A DNA stretch of 64,000 nucleotides from Leucoraja erinacea (Eukaryota), in the NCBI RefSeq assembly GCF_028641065.1, contig NC_073391.1, forward strand, positions 45,012,001 through 45,076,000, written 5' to 3'. The stretch's first letter is position 1; the number at the start of each line of letters is the position of its first letter. Position numbers and translations under genes: made by a program. Shown here piece after piece: positions 1 through 12,600 of the stretch. The notes beneath the pieces were generated by a model, which was given only the letters and a program-made list of their open reading frames with translations, did no database searches and was not told the origin of the DNA.

Positions 1-1240
1 CCAGTTCTTTAGGTGGTGGAGATCGTCCTACTTGGGCAGAAGGACCACGAGAGCCCTCCGTCAAGACACGGGCATCTCTCCGGTCGCCAGGTTCTCCCTC
101 AGGACCATGGTGTAGTCCTCCCCCAGGATCCCCCAGAATGTGCGGAGGAACTCTGCTGTCAGGCCGTACAGGCCAAGGGATTTGCCCCTTCGGAGCTGAC
201 GGAGGGCCGCGGTCAGTTCGTTCAGTGTCAGGGGGGCGTCCAGACGCTCGGCACATTCTGGGCCGACCGTGGCTAGATCTTCCCAAAGATCACTGCACTC
301 GTCCCCGCCGGAGCAATCCGGTGAGAACAAGGTGCCGTAAAAGGAACGAACCGCCACGTTTATGTCTTCAGGTTCGGTGATGGGGGAGTCCTCACCCGCG
401 ATCAGCTCCACTAACTGCTGACGGACTCCTCGCCACTTCTCCAGCGGGTAGAAGAAGGTTTAACCGCGATCCAAATCGTGGAGCATTTGGATCCGCGACC
501 TCCTTCTTCTCTGGTATTCCTACCAGAGGATCGGGTCCCCGACGGTCTCTTCGACACAAATCGAAATCGAGCAGCTCGCTTCGGAGCTGTCTGACCTTGG
601 AATCGCGCCTCTTGGTCGGCTGTCTATTGTACTCCTGACAGAAACACCGGATGTGAGCCTTGCCCACGTCCCACCGCAGTCGTAGGGGGTGAAATCCTCC
701 CTGCTTCCACTTACAGGTGGTCCAGAGCCTCTTAAGCGAGTCCCGGAAGTGGCGATCCTCCAGCAGGCGGTTGTTAAAGTTCCAGTACGCGCAGTGTGAT
801 GAACTGCGTCCACACTAAGTGATGGTCCGAGCACGGCACCGGCCGGATGGAGGCCGTCGAGACGCGGGAGACGTATGCCCGAGAAATGTACAGGCGCTAG
901 ATGCGAGAACCACCTCCTCTGACCTCCTGAAGAAGGCACTAGAGTCGGGGTGGAGGTTCCTCCAGGTGTCTACCAAGTCAAAGGAGCCCACAAGTTCCTT
1001 CAACTTCATCACTGACTCCTGGCCGCGCTGTTCGCCGGAACGGTCTCCTTCCTCGAGGGTACAGTTGAAGTCTCCCCCGAGAATCACACAGTCGCCAGGG
1101 TCGATGGAGCACAGCTGGGTAGACACCTCCCGGAACAGGCGCGTCGGCAACACGGCGGGCTTGGGGGCGTACACGTTGACAAAATGCAACTGCACGCCAT
1201 CCAGGCGCACGGCCAAGTGAAGCAAGCGGCCTGGCACCAC
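1..1240 (-). mobile_element. Tx1/L1-clade LINE ORF2 fragment (APE endonuclease to start of RT), degenerate
   Basis: Frameshifted peptides VPGRLLHL..FVNVYAP..ILGGDFNC..LVDTWRNLHP and KSLGLYGLTAEF..FWGILG are typical of Tx1/L1 ORF2. Confidence 0.85.
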
Positions 1241-1409
1241 TTGGATTAGATTAGATTCGATTCAACTTTATTGTCGTTGCACAAATACGAGTACAGGTAC
1301 AACGAAATGCAGTTTAGCATCTAATCGGAGTGCAAAGTCGTAAAATACTGGTTAAAACAATATGTACAATGTGGATATATTGATCCAGTACATAGGCAAA
1401 TAAATATAT

Positions 1410-2352
1410 TGTGGTGTCAGCCTAAACACGGGCCACTCATGCTCCAACCTTCGCCAGGGGATACGAGGGCGGGCACGTGACGTCATGGGCTAGAGGGAGT
1501 GTCATAGAAACATAGAAACATAGAAAATAGGTGCAGGAGTAGGCCATTCGGCCCTTCGAGCCTGCACCACCATTCAATATGATCATGGCTGATCATCCAA
1601 CTCAAGGGCCACATCTAACTCCCTCTTAAATATAGCCAATGAACTGGCCTCAACTACCTTCTGCGGCAGAGAATTCCAGAGATTCACCACTCTCTGTGTG
1701 AAAAAAAACTTTCCTCATCACGGTCCTAAAAGACTTCCCCCTTATCCTTAAACTTGTTCTGGACTTCCCCAACATCGGGAACAATCTTCCTGCATCTAGC
1801 CTGTCCAAACCCTTAAGAATTTTGTAAGTTTCAATAAGATCCCCCCTCAATCTTCTAAATTCTAGCGAGTACAACCCGAGTCTATCCAGTCTTTCTTCAT
1901 AAGAAAGTCCTGACATCCCAGGAATCAGCCTGGTGAACCTCCCTCTATGTACTCCCTCTATGGCAAGAATGTCTTTCCTCAGATTAGGAGACCAAAACTG
2001 TACGCAATACTCCAGGTGTGGTCTCACCAAGACCCTGTACAACTGCAGTAGAACCTCCCTGCTCCTATACTCAACTCCTTTTGCTATGAATGCTAACATA
2101 CCATTCGCCTTCTTCACTGCCTGCTGCACCTGCATGCCTACTTTTAATGACTGGTGTACCATGACACCCAATGTCCTGGTACGTAAGGTCCCTCACCGCG
2201 AGACCTTGAGAAGTCGACAGGTAGCTGACCCGAGAAAACAACCTCGCTCAGCTACAGCAACATTGTATTATAGTTAGCGCACCAACCTAACGTGTCACCA
2301 CTGAATAAATGACTCTTTGAACCGGCCTGACGTCTCACTTTTATTCACCACG
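1410..2352 (+). mobile_element. Possible solo LTR split by a CR1 insertion
   Basis: Termini TGTGGTG...CACCACG are near-inverted; AATAAA at about 2304; CACGTGACGTCA motif near 1475; no clean TSD. Confidence 0.35.
1505..2170 (-). mobile_element. CR1-clade LINE 3' fragment
   Basis: ORF with LYRVLVRPHLEYCVQFWSP..RRLRGDLIETYKI and a (TTTCTATG)n 3' tail. Confidence 0.92.
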
Positions 2353-2869
2353 TATGGTGCCGCTACAATATACAGATAAAAGGGTATAAAAGATAGCGTC
2401 GGGCCTGTGAGTTCAGCAGGGTAATGGTATTTTGGGAAAAAGCTGTTCCTCAGCCTGCTGGTGCGAAATCTGAGGCTCCTGTACCGTCTCCCTGATGGGA
2501 GGAGGGCAAATAGTTCATGGTTAGGGTGTGAGGGGTCCTTACTGATTTTCCCAGCCTGTCTCAGACACCGTGTGCGGTGGAGGGCAGCCATGGCAGGGAG
2601 CGGGGCGCCGATGATGTGATTAGTGGTTTTGCAGTGCCTTCATGTCAGTTGTGTTGCAGCTGCTGCACCACACCGTGAAGCAGGTGGTCAGGATGCTTTC
2701 AATGGTACAGCGGTAGAAGTTGGACAGGATCTAGGGGGACAGGTGAACTTTCCTAAGCCTCCTCAGAAAGTAGAGGCGCTGCTGCGCCTTTTTTAATCTG
2801 TTTCGTGGTGTTGAGGGATCAGGGCAGATCCTCTGAAATATGTACCCCGAGGAATTTGTAGTTGGGACT

Positions 2870-3600
2870 TTTAGGATTTCTGGCCGGAAATTCGAGTCCA
2901 ATAAAAAGGCCACCCCACTGGAGATGGCGCTGACGTGGCTCATGAAGACCGCGCCAACACACTCCAGGAGCCGAGTGGATTCATCTCCTGGGATGGTGTG
3001 GGTTTCTTGCAGGGAGCTCAACGCATCTATCCCATCCCTCGGGGTTGAGAGATGGTTAAACCTGCGGAGAGGCCTACTGCTGCCATTTATGTTGTAACTG
3101 GCAATGGTGATCGCCATGTCTGGAGTACACTTGATCCCCTCGCCGGTCCGCCGGTCGCTGACAGCAGAACCACTCCTCCCCCTACGAACGCTAGGTGGCG
3201 TGGCGGTGCGTCTTACCTTCCGGATCTTGGCAACAAAGAATGCTCTATTGCTCCCTCTACCCTCGGAAGGAACGACGCTGCTCCGGGCCTTGGCGTCCTT
3301 TTCTAGGTCGTCCAAGAAGGACATGAGCTGACGCCGGTCGTCCCCCTTCAACCCCATCGCTCCCGTGCCCCTCGCACTCCTTTTGAGGATGAGGTTCAGC
3401 GAGCCGGTGAGCCCTTGTACGTTTGGCCAGCGGAGGGAGGCCAGTCTGGGCCGATTTGGGGCTCCCTCGGCGGCCACGATCTTATCTATTTCCTCCACTG
3501 GGAATGAGTGTAGTGCCGTCAGGGGGGGAGTGAGAACATCCACTGGCTCATTGTCCGAGGAGTCCCCTTCGAACGACAAGCCCTGGTTTGCTGCATAACT
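2870..3600 (-). mobile_element. Tx1 LINE ORF1 end and ORF2 start (5' part of the element at 1-1240)
   Basis: MAITIASYNINGS..LQETH..SSGVAFLL is an APE endonuclease N-terminus; ...RPEILKV continues into VVPGRLL at 1240. Confidence 0.8.
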
Positions 3601-4024
3601 CAAATAGCTCTGAATCTAAAGAGGAAGCCTACAGGAGCGGGGATGCAGACCTCTAAAGTACCTCCACTGAATTTTCTGTCAAGTTTCTCAAGTTTGCGCA
3701 TGACACAACCCTGATTGGACTGATCCAGGATGGGGAGGAATCTGCGTACAGACACGAAGTGACACCGCTGGCGTCCTGGTGCCATTGCAACAACCTGGAG
3801 CTCAATGCTCTTAAAACAGTGGAATTGATTGTGGACTTTAGGAGAGCTTCCCTTCCACTCAGCAGAGGAAGCACAATCTGCCACAGTCAATGATGGTCCA
3901 ATTCTGTACGGTCATCTATGCAGCGAATCGTCCGATCAGCTGAGAAGGTTATTGGCTGCAACCTTCCCTCCAGTGACGAACTGGACACGGCAAGGGCCAG
4001 GAAGCGAGCAGGTAAGTTCATCTC

Positions 4025-4540
4025 TGAGGAAGAACATCCTTATGATGGAGGCAGTGCAGCATAGGTTCACGAGACTGAACCCTGGCATGGCGGGATTGTC
4101 ATATGAGGAAAGATTGAAAAGACTAGGCTTGTATTCACTGGAGTTTAGAAGGATGAGGGGGAGATCTTATAGAAACATTTAACATTATAAAAGGATTGGA
4201 CAGGCTAGATGCAGGAAACATTTCCCAATGTTGGGCGAGTCCAGAACCAGGGGCCACAGTCTTAGAATAAAGAGGAGGCCATTTAGGACTGAGGTGAGAA
4301 AAAACCTTTTCACCCAGAGAGTCGTGAATTTGTGGAATTCCCTGCCACAGAGGGCAGTGGAGGCCAAATCACAGGATGGATTTATGAGAGAGTTAGATAG
4401 AGCTCTAGGGGCTGGTGGAATCAATAGATATAGGGAGAAGGCAGGCACAGGTTATTGATTGGGGACGATCAGCCACGATCACCATGAACGGCGAATGCCG
4501 AATGACTTCCTCCTGCACCTATTTTCTATGTTTCTATGTT
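4025..4540 (+). mobile_element. CR1 LINE 3' fragment, flanked by Rex1/Babar pieces (3660-4025 +, 4540-4930 -)
   Basis: VQHRFTRLNPGMAGLSYEERL, FTQRVVNLWNSLP and a TTTCTATG tail. Confidence 0.88.
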
Positions 4541-4930
4541 TATTCACATACAAGGAATTTGCCTTGGTGCTCCGCCCGCTAGTGACAATGGCATACAGTG
4601 ACAGTTAGGAATGACACATAAAACATTAAACATTCATTAAAAAACATTATCGATTAAATATGTGAATTAAATAAAAATCCAGAGCAAAAGGAGGCTGCAG
4701 ACTTTTGGTTATTGAGTAGAGCTACTACTCGTGGGGGAAAAAAGGCTGTTTTTTATGTCTGGCCGTGGCAGCTTTGACAGTTCGGAGCCGCCTTCCAGAG
4801 GGAAGTGATTCAAAGAGTTTGTGGCCAGGCTGAGAGGGGGTCAGAGATGATCTTGTCCGCTCGCTTCCTGGCCCTTGCAGTGTGCAGTTCGTCAATGGAG
4901 GGAAGGTTGCAGCCAATAATCGTCTCAGTT

Positions 4931-5140
4931 GGTAGACAAAAATGCTGGAGAAACTCAGCGGGTGCAGCAGCATCTATGGAGCAAAAGAGATAGGCAACGT
5001 TTCGGGCCGAAACTGAAAAAGGGTTTCGGCCCGAAACGTTGCCAATTTCCTTCGCTCTATAGATGCTGTTGCACCCGCTGAGTTTCTCCAGAATTTTTGT
5101 GCACCTTCGATTTTCCAGCATCTGCAGTTCCTTCTTAAAC
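4931..5140. mobile_element. Penelope-derived fold-back (palindromic) element
   Basis: Inverted arms of about 80 bp centred on GAAAC..GGGTTTCGGCCCGAAAC; same sequence as the terminal region of the Penelope copy at 53161-53290. Confidence 0.7.
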
Positions 5141-5463
5141 CTTCACAGTTGATCGGGCGATTCTCCAAAATGGAGGATCATAGGTATAAAAGAAGCGGAA
5201 GAGAATGGTATAATATTGAAACACAATGAAAGATGACTGGCCAATTAGAAATCAAGGGGCAATGCATCCATCAATAGGGGAATGTATTGCGATCTTAATT
5301 TATTCACAGTTCAACTGTTCATCCGCTTCCTATTTACCCTACACCGAACGGATGTACGATCACGCCTCGCACCGAAAATTGATACATAATGCCGCAGTAT
5401 TTGTGTAGAACAGGTGTGCGCCTTTCTTGCTTTTAAAATCGGTCCAGCTCAATGTTTTGATTG

Positions 5464-5471
5464 CCGGAAGT
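5464..5471 (+). promoter_or_regulatory. ETS motif CCGGAAGT in the putative V1 promoter
   Basis: Perfect ETS consensus about 40 bp upstream of the leader ATG at 5510. Confidence 0.35.
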
Positions 5472-5509
5472 GATCGGAACGGCTAGACACTTTGCAGGTG
5501 TAATAAAAC

Positions 5510-5597
5510 ATGGACGTGGCTCCGAATTGCCGCCGCGTATGCGCCATCACGGCATTATGCGCTCAGACATTCGTTTTCTTGATATCCATGCCACCAG
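5510..5597 (+). CDS. Leader exon of TCR V segment 1 (MDVAPNCRRVCAITALCAQTFVFLISMPP)
   Basis: ATG at 5510, basic n-region and hydrophobic core; phase-1 donor CAG|GTGGGT at 5597/5598 splices in frame to the acceptor TTTCAG| at 6275. Confidence 0.7.
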
Positions 5598-6275
5598 GTG
5601 GGTATTTAACGAGACCTTTTGATCTTTATTGATTTTACCATATTTTATTTTTTTAAGCATAATAATGTGATTAAGGAAAATATTTAAGGTAAGAGTGGAG
5701 TGATTGAGGTGAGAAGAGAAATATTGAACAGGAACCTGAGAGGCAACTCTGTCACACACAAAGGTTGATAGGTATATGGAACGAGCCGCCTTCGGGGGTA
5801 GTTGAGGCAGGTGTTATCTCAACATTTAAAAAACATTTGTAACATCAGGAATCTGGATTCCTGTCACAATCGGCGATGAACAGGAGTGAGTTCCCGGGAG
5901 ATTTTCATGAGGATTGGAGACTCTGGAGAACATCTATGGAACCGCGATCTCTCCACACTTAAGCACCGAAACACATGTCCGCTCGAGCAGTTATTAGTCG
6001 TAAATCAAAATGAGAAGTTTCAAACATCTTCGGCACATTATTTATCTGCTCACAGATGCTGGCGTGTAGGTATGGCGAATGAAGGGTGGGAAGGTATTGA
6101 GATGGGGTGGGGGTTGATGGACGTGGGAGGTTAAAATGTGACCCGGCATCTCGCAATCTCGCAATCACCGGCTCATCGTTTCTCGCCGACGCTTCAACCG
6201 TAATTCCCGCGTCGGATTGTTGCGCTTTATATATTATACTGTGTAATTAATAAATCTTTGGTAATTTGATTTCAG

Positions 6276-6583
6276 AAGTTAGCACTCAGGACATTTTGTC
6301 CCAACAACCTTCAGCCTTGGTGATAAATGAAGGAAATACTGCGACCATTCCCTGTGACTACCCCGCCATCTACACCGCTGCTTACCTTTATTGGTACGCC
6401 CAGTATGAGGGTTGTGGGCCGCAGTATATGTTGGTCAGGCACACGGCAAATCTCGAAGAGAACGCGCCAGCTTTCCAAAAGCGGTTCACTGCACTGCAGG
6501 ACAGATTGAACGCTCGCATCCCTCTGAACATCTCACTCGCGGAGTTGTCTGACTCCGCTGTATATTTCTGCGCGGCCATGAAC
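6276..6583 (+). CDS. TRAV/TRDV: T-cell receptor alpha/delta-type variable (V) exon 1
   Basis: Ig V-set hallmarks: EGNTATIPC, LYWYAQ, GPQYML, KRF, LNISLAELSDSAVYFCA; acceptor AG at 6274-6275; followed directly by an RSS. Confidence 0.9.
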
Positions 6584-6622
6584 CACCATGTTACAAGATC
6601 ACAAGGCACTGGTACAAAAACT
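6584..6622 (+). other. 23-spacer recombination signal sequence of V1
   Basis: Heptamer CACCATG (6584-6590), 23-bp spacer, nonamer ACAAAAACT (6614-6622). Confidence 0.85.
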
Positions 6623-6689
6623 ATCGGTTCAGTCTGTGAATTGTGTCCACATAACCCGCTACAACCAGGCCTGGACTCCGTGAGCACGT

Positions 6690-7225
6690 GATCCAAATCT
6701 GAGGAAGGACATTATTGCCATAGAGGGAGTGCAGAGACGGTTCACCAGACTGATTCCTGGGATGTCAGGACTGTCTTATGAAGAAAGACTGGATAGACTT
6801 GGTTTATACTCTCTATAATTTAGGAGATTGAGAGGAGATCTTATAGAAACTTACAAAATTCTTAAGGGGTTGGACAGGCTAGATGCAGGAAGTTTGTTCC
6901 CGATGTTAGGGAAGTCCAGGACAAGGGGTCACAGCTTAAGGATAAGGGGGAAATCCTTTAAAACCGAGATGAGAAGAACTTTTTTCACACAGAGAGTGGT
7001 GAATCCCTGGAACTCTCTGCCACAGAGGGTAGTTGAGGCCAGTTCATTGGCTATATTTAAGAGGGAGTTAGATGTGGCCCTTGTGGCTAAGGGGGTCAGG
7101 GGGTATGGAGAGAAGGCAGGTACGGGATACTGAGTTTGGATGATCAGCCATGATCATATTGAATGGCGGTGCAGGCTCGAAGGGCCGAATGGCCTACTCC
7201 TGCACCTAATTTCTATGTTTCTATG
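6690..7225 (+). mobile_element. CR1 LINE 3' fragment
   Basis: RGDLIETYKILKGLDRLDAG..FTQRVVN and a TTTCTATG tail. Confidence 0.92.
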
Positions 7226-7423
7226 TGATGTTATTGCGGGGTTGTATTTTATATTTGCGATTTTGTCCGGATTTAATAAGGATGTTCGAGAAGTGCAGCA
7301 GATTCAAATGTTCTATTATTTATGTGTAAATAAATCCTTTTATGAGCTTGATTGATCATTTAATTGTAACGGCTCCACTGTATTAATGTGTGTCCGCAGA
7401 ACCGCAGCTCCTTAATTCTGATG

Positions 7424-7615
7424 GTACACACAAATGCTGGAGAAACTCGGCGGGTGCAGCAGCATCTATGGAGCGAAGGAATTAGGCAACCTTGAAGGGT
7501 TTCGGCCCGAAATGTTGCCTATTTCCTTCGCTCCATAGATGCTGCTGCACCCGCTGAGTTTCTCCAGCATTTTTGTGTACCTTCGATTTTCCAGCATCTG
7601 CAGTTCCTTCTTAAA
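7424..7615. mobile_element. Penelope-derived fold-back element with 15-bp TSD
   Basis: Inverted arms; flanked by TCCTTAATTCTGATG at 7409-7423 and 7616-7630. Confidence 0.75.
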
Positions 7616-7824
7616 TCCTTAATTCTGATGACAGGACACACAAATACGTTAACATTCTATCGTCATCTCAAGGAAAACAATGTTCCTGAAGGTAGAACCC
7701 AGAAGACCTGTATATAATCCCCCTTGTCATGCTTGATTTAGTGGCACACAATAGAGAATGAGATCGGTCTAGGCCAACGTTCTAAATGCCAATATCTGGG
7801 TACTTGATGGCCGGCGTAGACATG

Positions 7825-8431
7825 GAAACATAGAAACATAGAAAATAGGTGCAGGAGTAGGCCATTCGGACCTTCGAGCCTGCACCGCCATTCGATATGA
7901 TCATGGCTGATCATCCAACTCAGTATCCTGTACCTGCCATCTCTCCATACCCCCTGATCCCTTTAGCCACAAGGGCCACATCTAACTCCCTCTTAAATAT
8001 AGCTAATGAACTGGTCTCAATTACCTTCTGTAGCAGAGAATTCCACAGATTCACCAATCTCTGTGTAAAAAATGATTTTCTCATCTCGGTCGTAAAAGAC
8101 TTCCCCCTTATTCTTAAACTGTGACCCCTTGTTCTGGACTTCCCCAACATCGGGAATAATCTTCCTGCATCTAGCCTGTCCAACACCTTAAGGATTTTGT
8201 AAGTTTCCATAAGATCCCCCCTCAATCTTCTAAATTCTAGCGAGTACAAGCCGAGTCTATCCAGTCTTTCTTCATATGAAAGTCCTGTCATCCCAGGAAT
8301 CAGTCTGGTGAACCTTCTCTGTACTCCCTCTATGGCAAGAATGTCTTTCCTTAGATTAGGAGACCAAAACTGTATGCAATACTCCAGGTGTGGTCTCACC
8401 AAGACCCTGTACAACTGCAGTAGAACCTCCC
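7825..8431 (-). mobile_element. CR1 LINE 3' fragment
   Basis: The ORF at 7920-8414 is a CR1 RT C-terminus; CR1 3' tail present. Confidence 0.92.
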
Positions 8432-9637
8432 TACATGGTAGGCCGTGCGGCCTGTTTCTTTGTTGTGTAACATGACTGTTTTCTTGAAATGGAAAACAAT
8501 TGTTTTAACGCGGATTCAATAATTAAAACCAAGACAATATCCCATATCACCCACTTGCCACATAAATGTCCCCACCATTGCCCTTCCCTCGTCTCCTTCC
8601 ACCTACATCACTTCGAGCCGCTCTCTTCTCATCTCACTGGCCTTTATTTTAGTTTAATTTCTTGCCGTTTTCCACCCACATGTTCATCAAACAGCCCCCC
8701 CCCCCCCCCCCCCCCCCCTCACCCGTCTCCACCAATCACTTGCCTGCCTTTACCCGCTTCCACCTGTCTTCCAGCTTTCTCTCCACCGACTACAATCAAT
8801 CTGATAAAGGGCTGTGACCCGAAACATTGCCCTATCCATATCCTCCTGCGGTGCTACCTGACCCGATGTGTTATTGGAGGAGACTGTCTCCAACAGAGGA
8901 CTAAAACTGCGCAATGTTTCCTTTTGGGGGACAACGGATTCGTTTACCATAGATATCTAACACTTATCAGCCATATGATGGACGGTAGCTGCTTCTGGGT
9001 ATTCATGATACGATTGCGTCATACGTGGGCCTTACAGTGAACATCCAGCACATTGGCAACGGTGCATGAAATTAAGTTACAGAGATGGGCAGAGTGGGGG
9101 CAGCATAGTAAATTTGGAAGAAGCAAGATGGAGATTCAAGTTGAAATTATAGAGGGCGGGGAAGGGAAAGGAAGAGTAAATAGACGAGGAACGGTAAAGG
9201 CAATAGGATAAAATTATTATGCAGAATATAGCTATGGCGCAAAGAAAGAGTGGCCGGAATAGAATGAGTTTTCTCTTCACTTTCATTCGATGCCGTTTAA
9301 TGTGATACTGACTAACGGACGACTGGAAGGCTAATGGCTGCGCTCTGGTACTTCACACTGTTGGGTCTAAAATAGCGAGAAAGTCACCATAAAACTTTCT
9401 TTACTTGCATTATTTAGTTCCCCATTTTCCGCTAAGCGGTGCAATTGTATTTTCTATTTCACTCTCCCCTTGCACTCTGCCTGAAGAAGGCTCACCCATT
9501 CCATCCCTCATCCCTCCATAAATGCTACCTGAACGACAGAGTTACTCCAGCATTCTGAACCTTTCTTAGGTGTAAACCACATCTGCAGTTCGCTTCTGGA
9601 CAATGTCATACTAAGCATGTCAACCCTGTCCCCTCGC

Positions 9638-9669
<32 letters not shown>

Positions 9670-12600
9670 ACCCATTCGTTGCGACAATTCAGGCAACGGA
9701 AACATTTTCGAGTACTAGTCGACGTAAGTACTCAACATAATTGCTTGAATTATGAAGCGTGATTTGACCTTTTCCAATTGACTTGCCTACATGAAGCCAG
9801 GAGAAATTCCAGCAGCTATCTTTAAGACTTTCTTATACTATGGGTCCCAGAATTGTCCACAATATTGCCAAATGGTTCCACGTTTGAGGCAACGGCACTG
9901 TCGTTTACTTATCACTGACGTCGGAAGAAGAAACCTTCCACAAAATGCCCAGTGTGTGCGAACTTCCTCTCTTACCCTACTTGCAATTGGCAACCGTCCA
10001 ACAGCGACAGTGGCTACCATCACAAAGATTTATATGAGATATTTCATCGCAATACCATACTTTTAAGTTTAAAACCATTCTGCTGAAACTAAAAATAATA
10101 TTGGTAGTTATTCCCCATCTATAGCCCTAACCTTCCCGTCAAACAAATTCTCCTTGCCAAATGCGATTTTATTTCACGAAACTGGGGCTAGTGGCGTCAA
10201 GGGATATGGGGAGAAGGCAGGCACGGGTTATTGTTACGGGACGATCAGCCATGATCACAATGAATGTCGGTGCTGGCTCGAAGGGCTGAACGGCCTCCTC
10301 CTGCACCTATTTTCTATGTTTCTATGAAACTGTTTTCTCCCGAGGCTCACTTTTGTGTTTATAAGACACCCAGCCCATTAAATGCGGCGTCACAAGTGTT
10401 CAACAAAGCGTTGTTTGATTTTTAAGGATCATCGTAAAATTCATCTTCATTCCCGAATGCCTCGACTTTCTGTCCGGATGAAATCCTCTCTCGAATTATT
10501 TCAGATATGTTTCAAAAAAATGTCTACTTAATTATGGCTTAATAACGGCAAAAAAAACCTTATACTTAAATTCTGGAAAAATGCACCCACACCGACGCTC
10601 AAAATGTGGATTTCAAGCATGTCGGAAATGTTACACCTTGAAGATATGAGATTCGTCCTATCGGGCAAATCAGACCGATTTTGAAGATTTGGTCTCCATT
10701 TATCGACTTATTACAAGCATGTGGTGCAACACAGCCTTAGAAATTAAGTGTTTCAGAACCCGGTGAGAGGTGGGTAAAGATACGAAGGAGGCAAATCCCT
10801 TTCAACTGCTTTCTGCTTTCTCTTTTTTTTCTCTTCTCTCTTTTCTCTCTATTCTTTTTTTCTTTTTGTTTAGTTCACATCACCTACTTTTCTGTTTCGT
10901 GCTAAATAATATTCTCTCTCTCTCTATTTCTTGCTTTTCTTACTCTTTTTTTTCTACTATTAAATTAAAAATAAGAAGTTGTACATGAAATGTAATATGT
11001 TATTTATGTCTCATATTATTGTACATCACTTCTAATAAAAATATTTTTAAAAAAGAATTATTTCAGATGTGAAACTACCGTTGGAACCGCAAGCGCACCT
11101 GCATCTTGCAGACACACCGTAAAAGGTAAATGTCTGCAGAGCTATGGGCAAAATTAACTCCAGCCCCGAGTGTGGTTTCTTTCAGACCACACTCGTTTTA
11201 AACAGCTTTGGTACTTACTTAGAAAAACGTTGCTTTCAAGGTGGAAATGTGGGGGTTGTGTTCATTGGATAGACACTGTCGGATGTAAAAGCCGCAGAGA
11301 GGAAGTTAGATAGGGCCATTCTACTTGACACACTGACAACTTAACAGAATTAATATGGTCTGAATGTTTGTTCCAAGAGCCTAAAGATGCAGGTGCCTCA
11401 CGCAGCCCAAACATCACAGCATTGGTGTTAATGTTCGCAGAATATTTAATCCGAAATAAAATATTAGATGATGCTTCCTTGAGTTCAGATAAACTTCGCA
11501 AACTTTAATACCTATTCTTGTAGAAACAAACATACAAAGCAATATTTTTCCGGTTAATTACTATAAAGAGCATAAAGCATTTTTATGAATCTATGGCATG
11601 AAACCACTTATCCTTTCCACATATCTGGTCTCCTAATTGGACTGTACGTGGCTGCAATTTTCCCGACTCGGCTCTGTATTAGCATCGGCTAGAGGGTGCG
11701 ACTGTCCTACCAGATTTTAAGCATTTCGCTGCACGGGACCAACGATGTGACAAAACACGAATCTAGATATGATGGAAATCAGAAGTAGAACGAGAAACCG
11801 GAAGGAGGACTCGTCAAACTGTGCAGCATATGTGGAAATATAAACAGAATGAGGCCAGGTCAGAGATTCTTCAACAGGGCAGGAATAGACTGCACAAAGA
11901 CGAGTTTTGAGGGCCGCTGGTCCCAGAGTAGTCCTACTCGTCAACCATATCAGCACATCTACTACGACCATCCCTTCTAGTGTTACCTCTATGATCACAG
12001 CGTTGCTACAACCCTTAATGCTATTACAATTATTCTTACTATTATTACTTACATTATTACTGCTGCCGCTACAGCCACCACAAATGTTACTACTATTATT
12101 ACTATCTTTCTTTCTTTTAAAATCTTTTTATTGTTTTTGTCCCCAAAAAAACAAAAATAATATATAAAAAACAGAGAAAAAGAACAATGATAAACATAAC
12201 AATGATATTGATACATAGGGATCAGGGTTACATTAATAACAGGTATAACCTAATATGAGTCCAGTGTCAAAATACACATTGAATATAGACCTCCCGGTCT
12301 CTATGTAAATATAGTTAAATCTTTAAAAGGAAACTTATACATGTAAAAATAAAACACAAAGAGAAAAAGACAAAGAGAAAAAGAAAAAAGGGAAAAAAAC
12401 AACCCCCCCCCCTAAACTAAAGAAGAAAAAAAAAAAAAAAAAGAAAAATTAATAATAATAAAATAAGAATAAAAATAAAATAAATAAATAAATAGATAAA
12501 CAAAGCAACACAAAACCGAATCTGAACTGAGAATTTCAACAATTTAAGTCTGTTTGTCGTCAAGTCCGTTCCACCCTATAGAGGTAAAATAATTTTTATA

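Larger units (their letters stand above)
1245..2870 (-). mobile_element. Rex1/Babar LINE 3' fragment inserted in the Tx1 element, itself interrupted at about 1410-2352
   Basis: LKKAQQRLYFLRRLRK and LLPSGRRYRSL..RLRNSFFP motifs at 2420-2870; microsatellite-like 3' tail at 1245-1280. Confidence 0.7.

Noticed and set aside
9840-10025. Possible V relic (WFHV*GNG..., SDSGY)
   Set aside because: Needs several frameshifts, and neither conserved cysteine is convincing.
11653-11832. Possible V relic (CNFPDSALY*HR ... EDSSNCAA)
   Set aside because: C-to-W spacing is too short, frames are inconsistent and there is no RSS; not supportable without an alignment.
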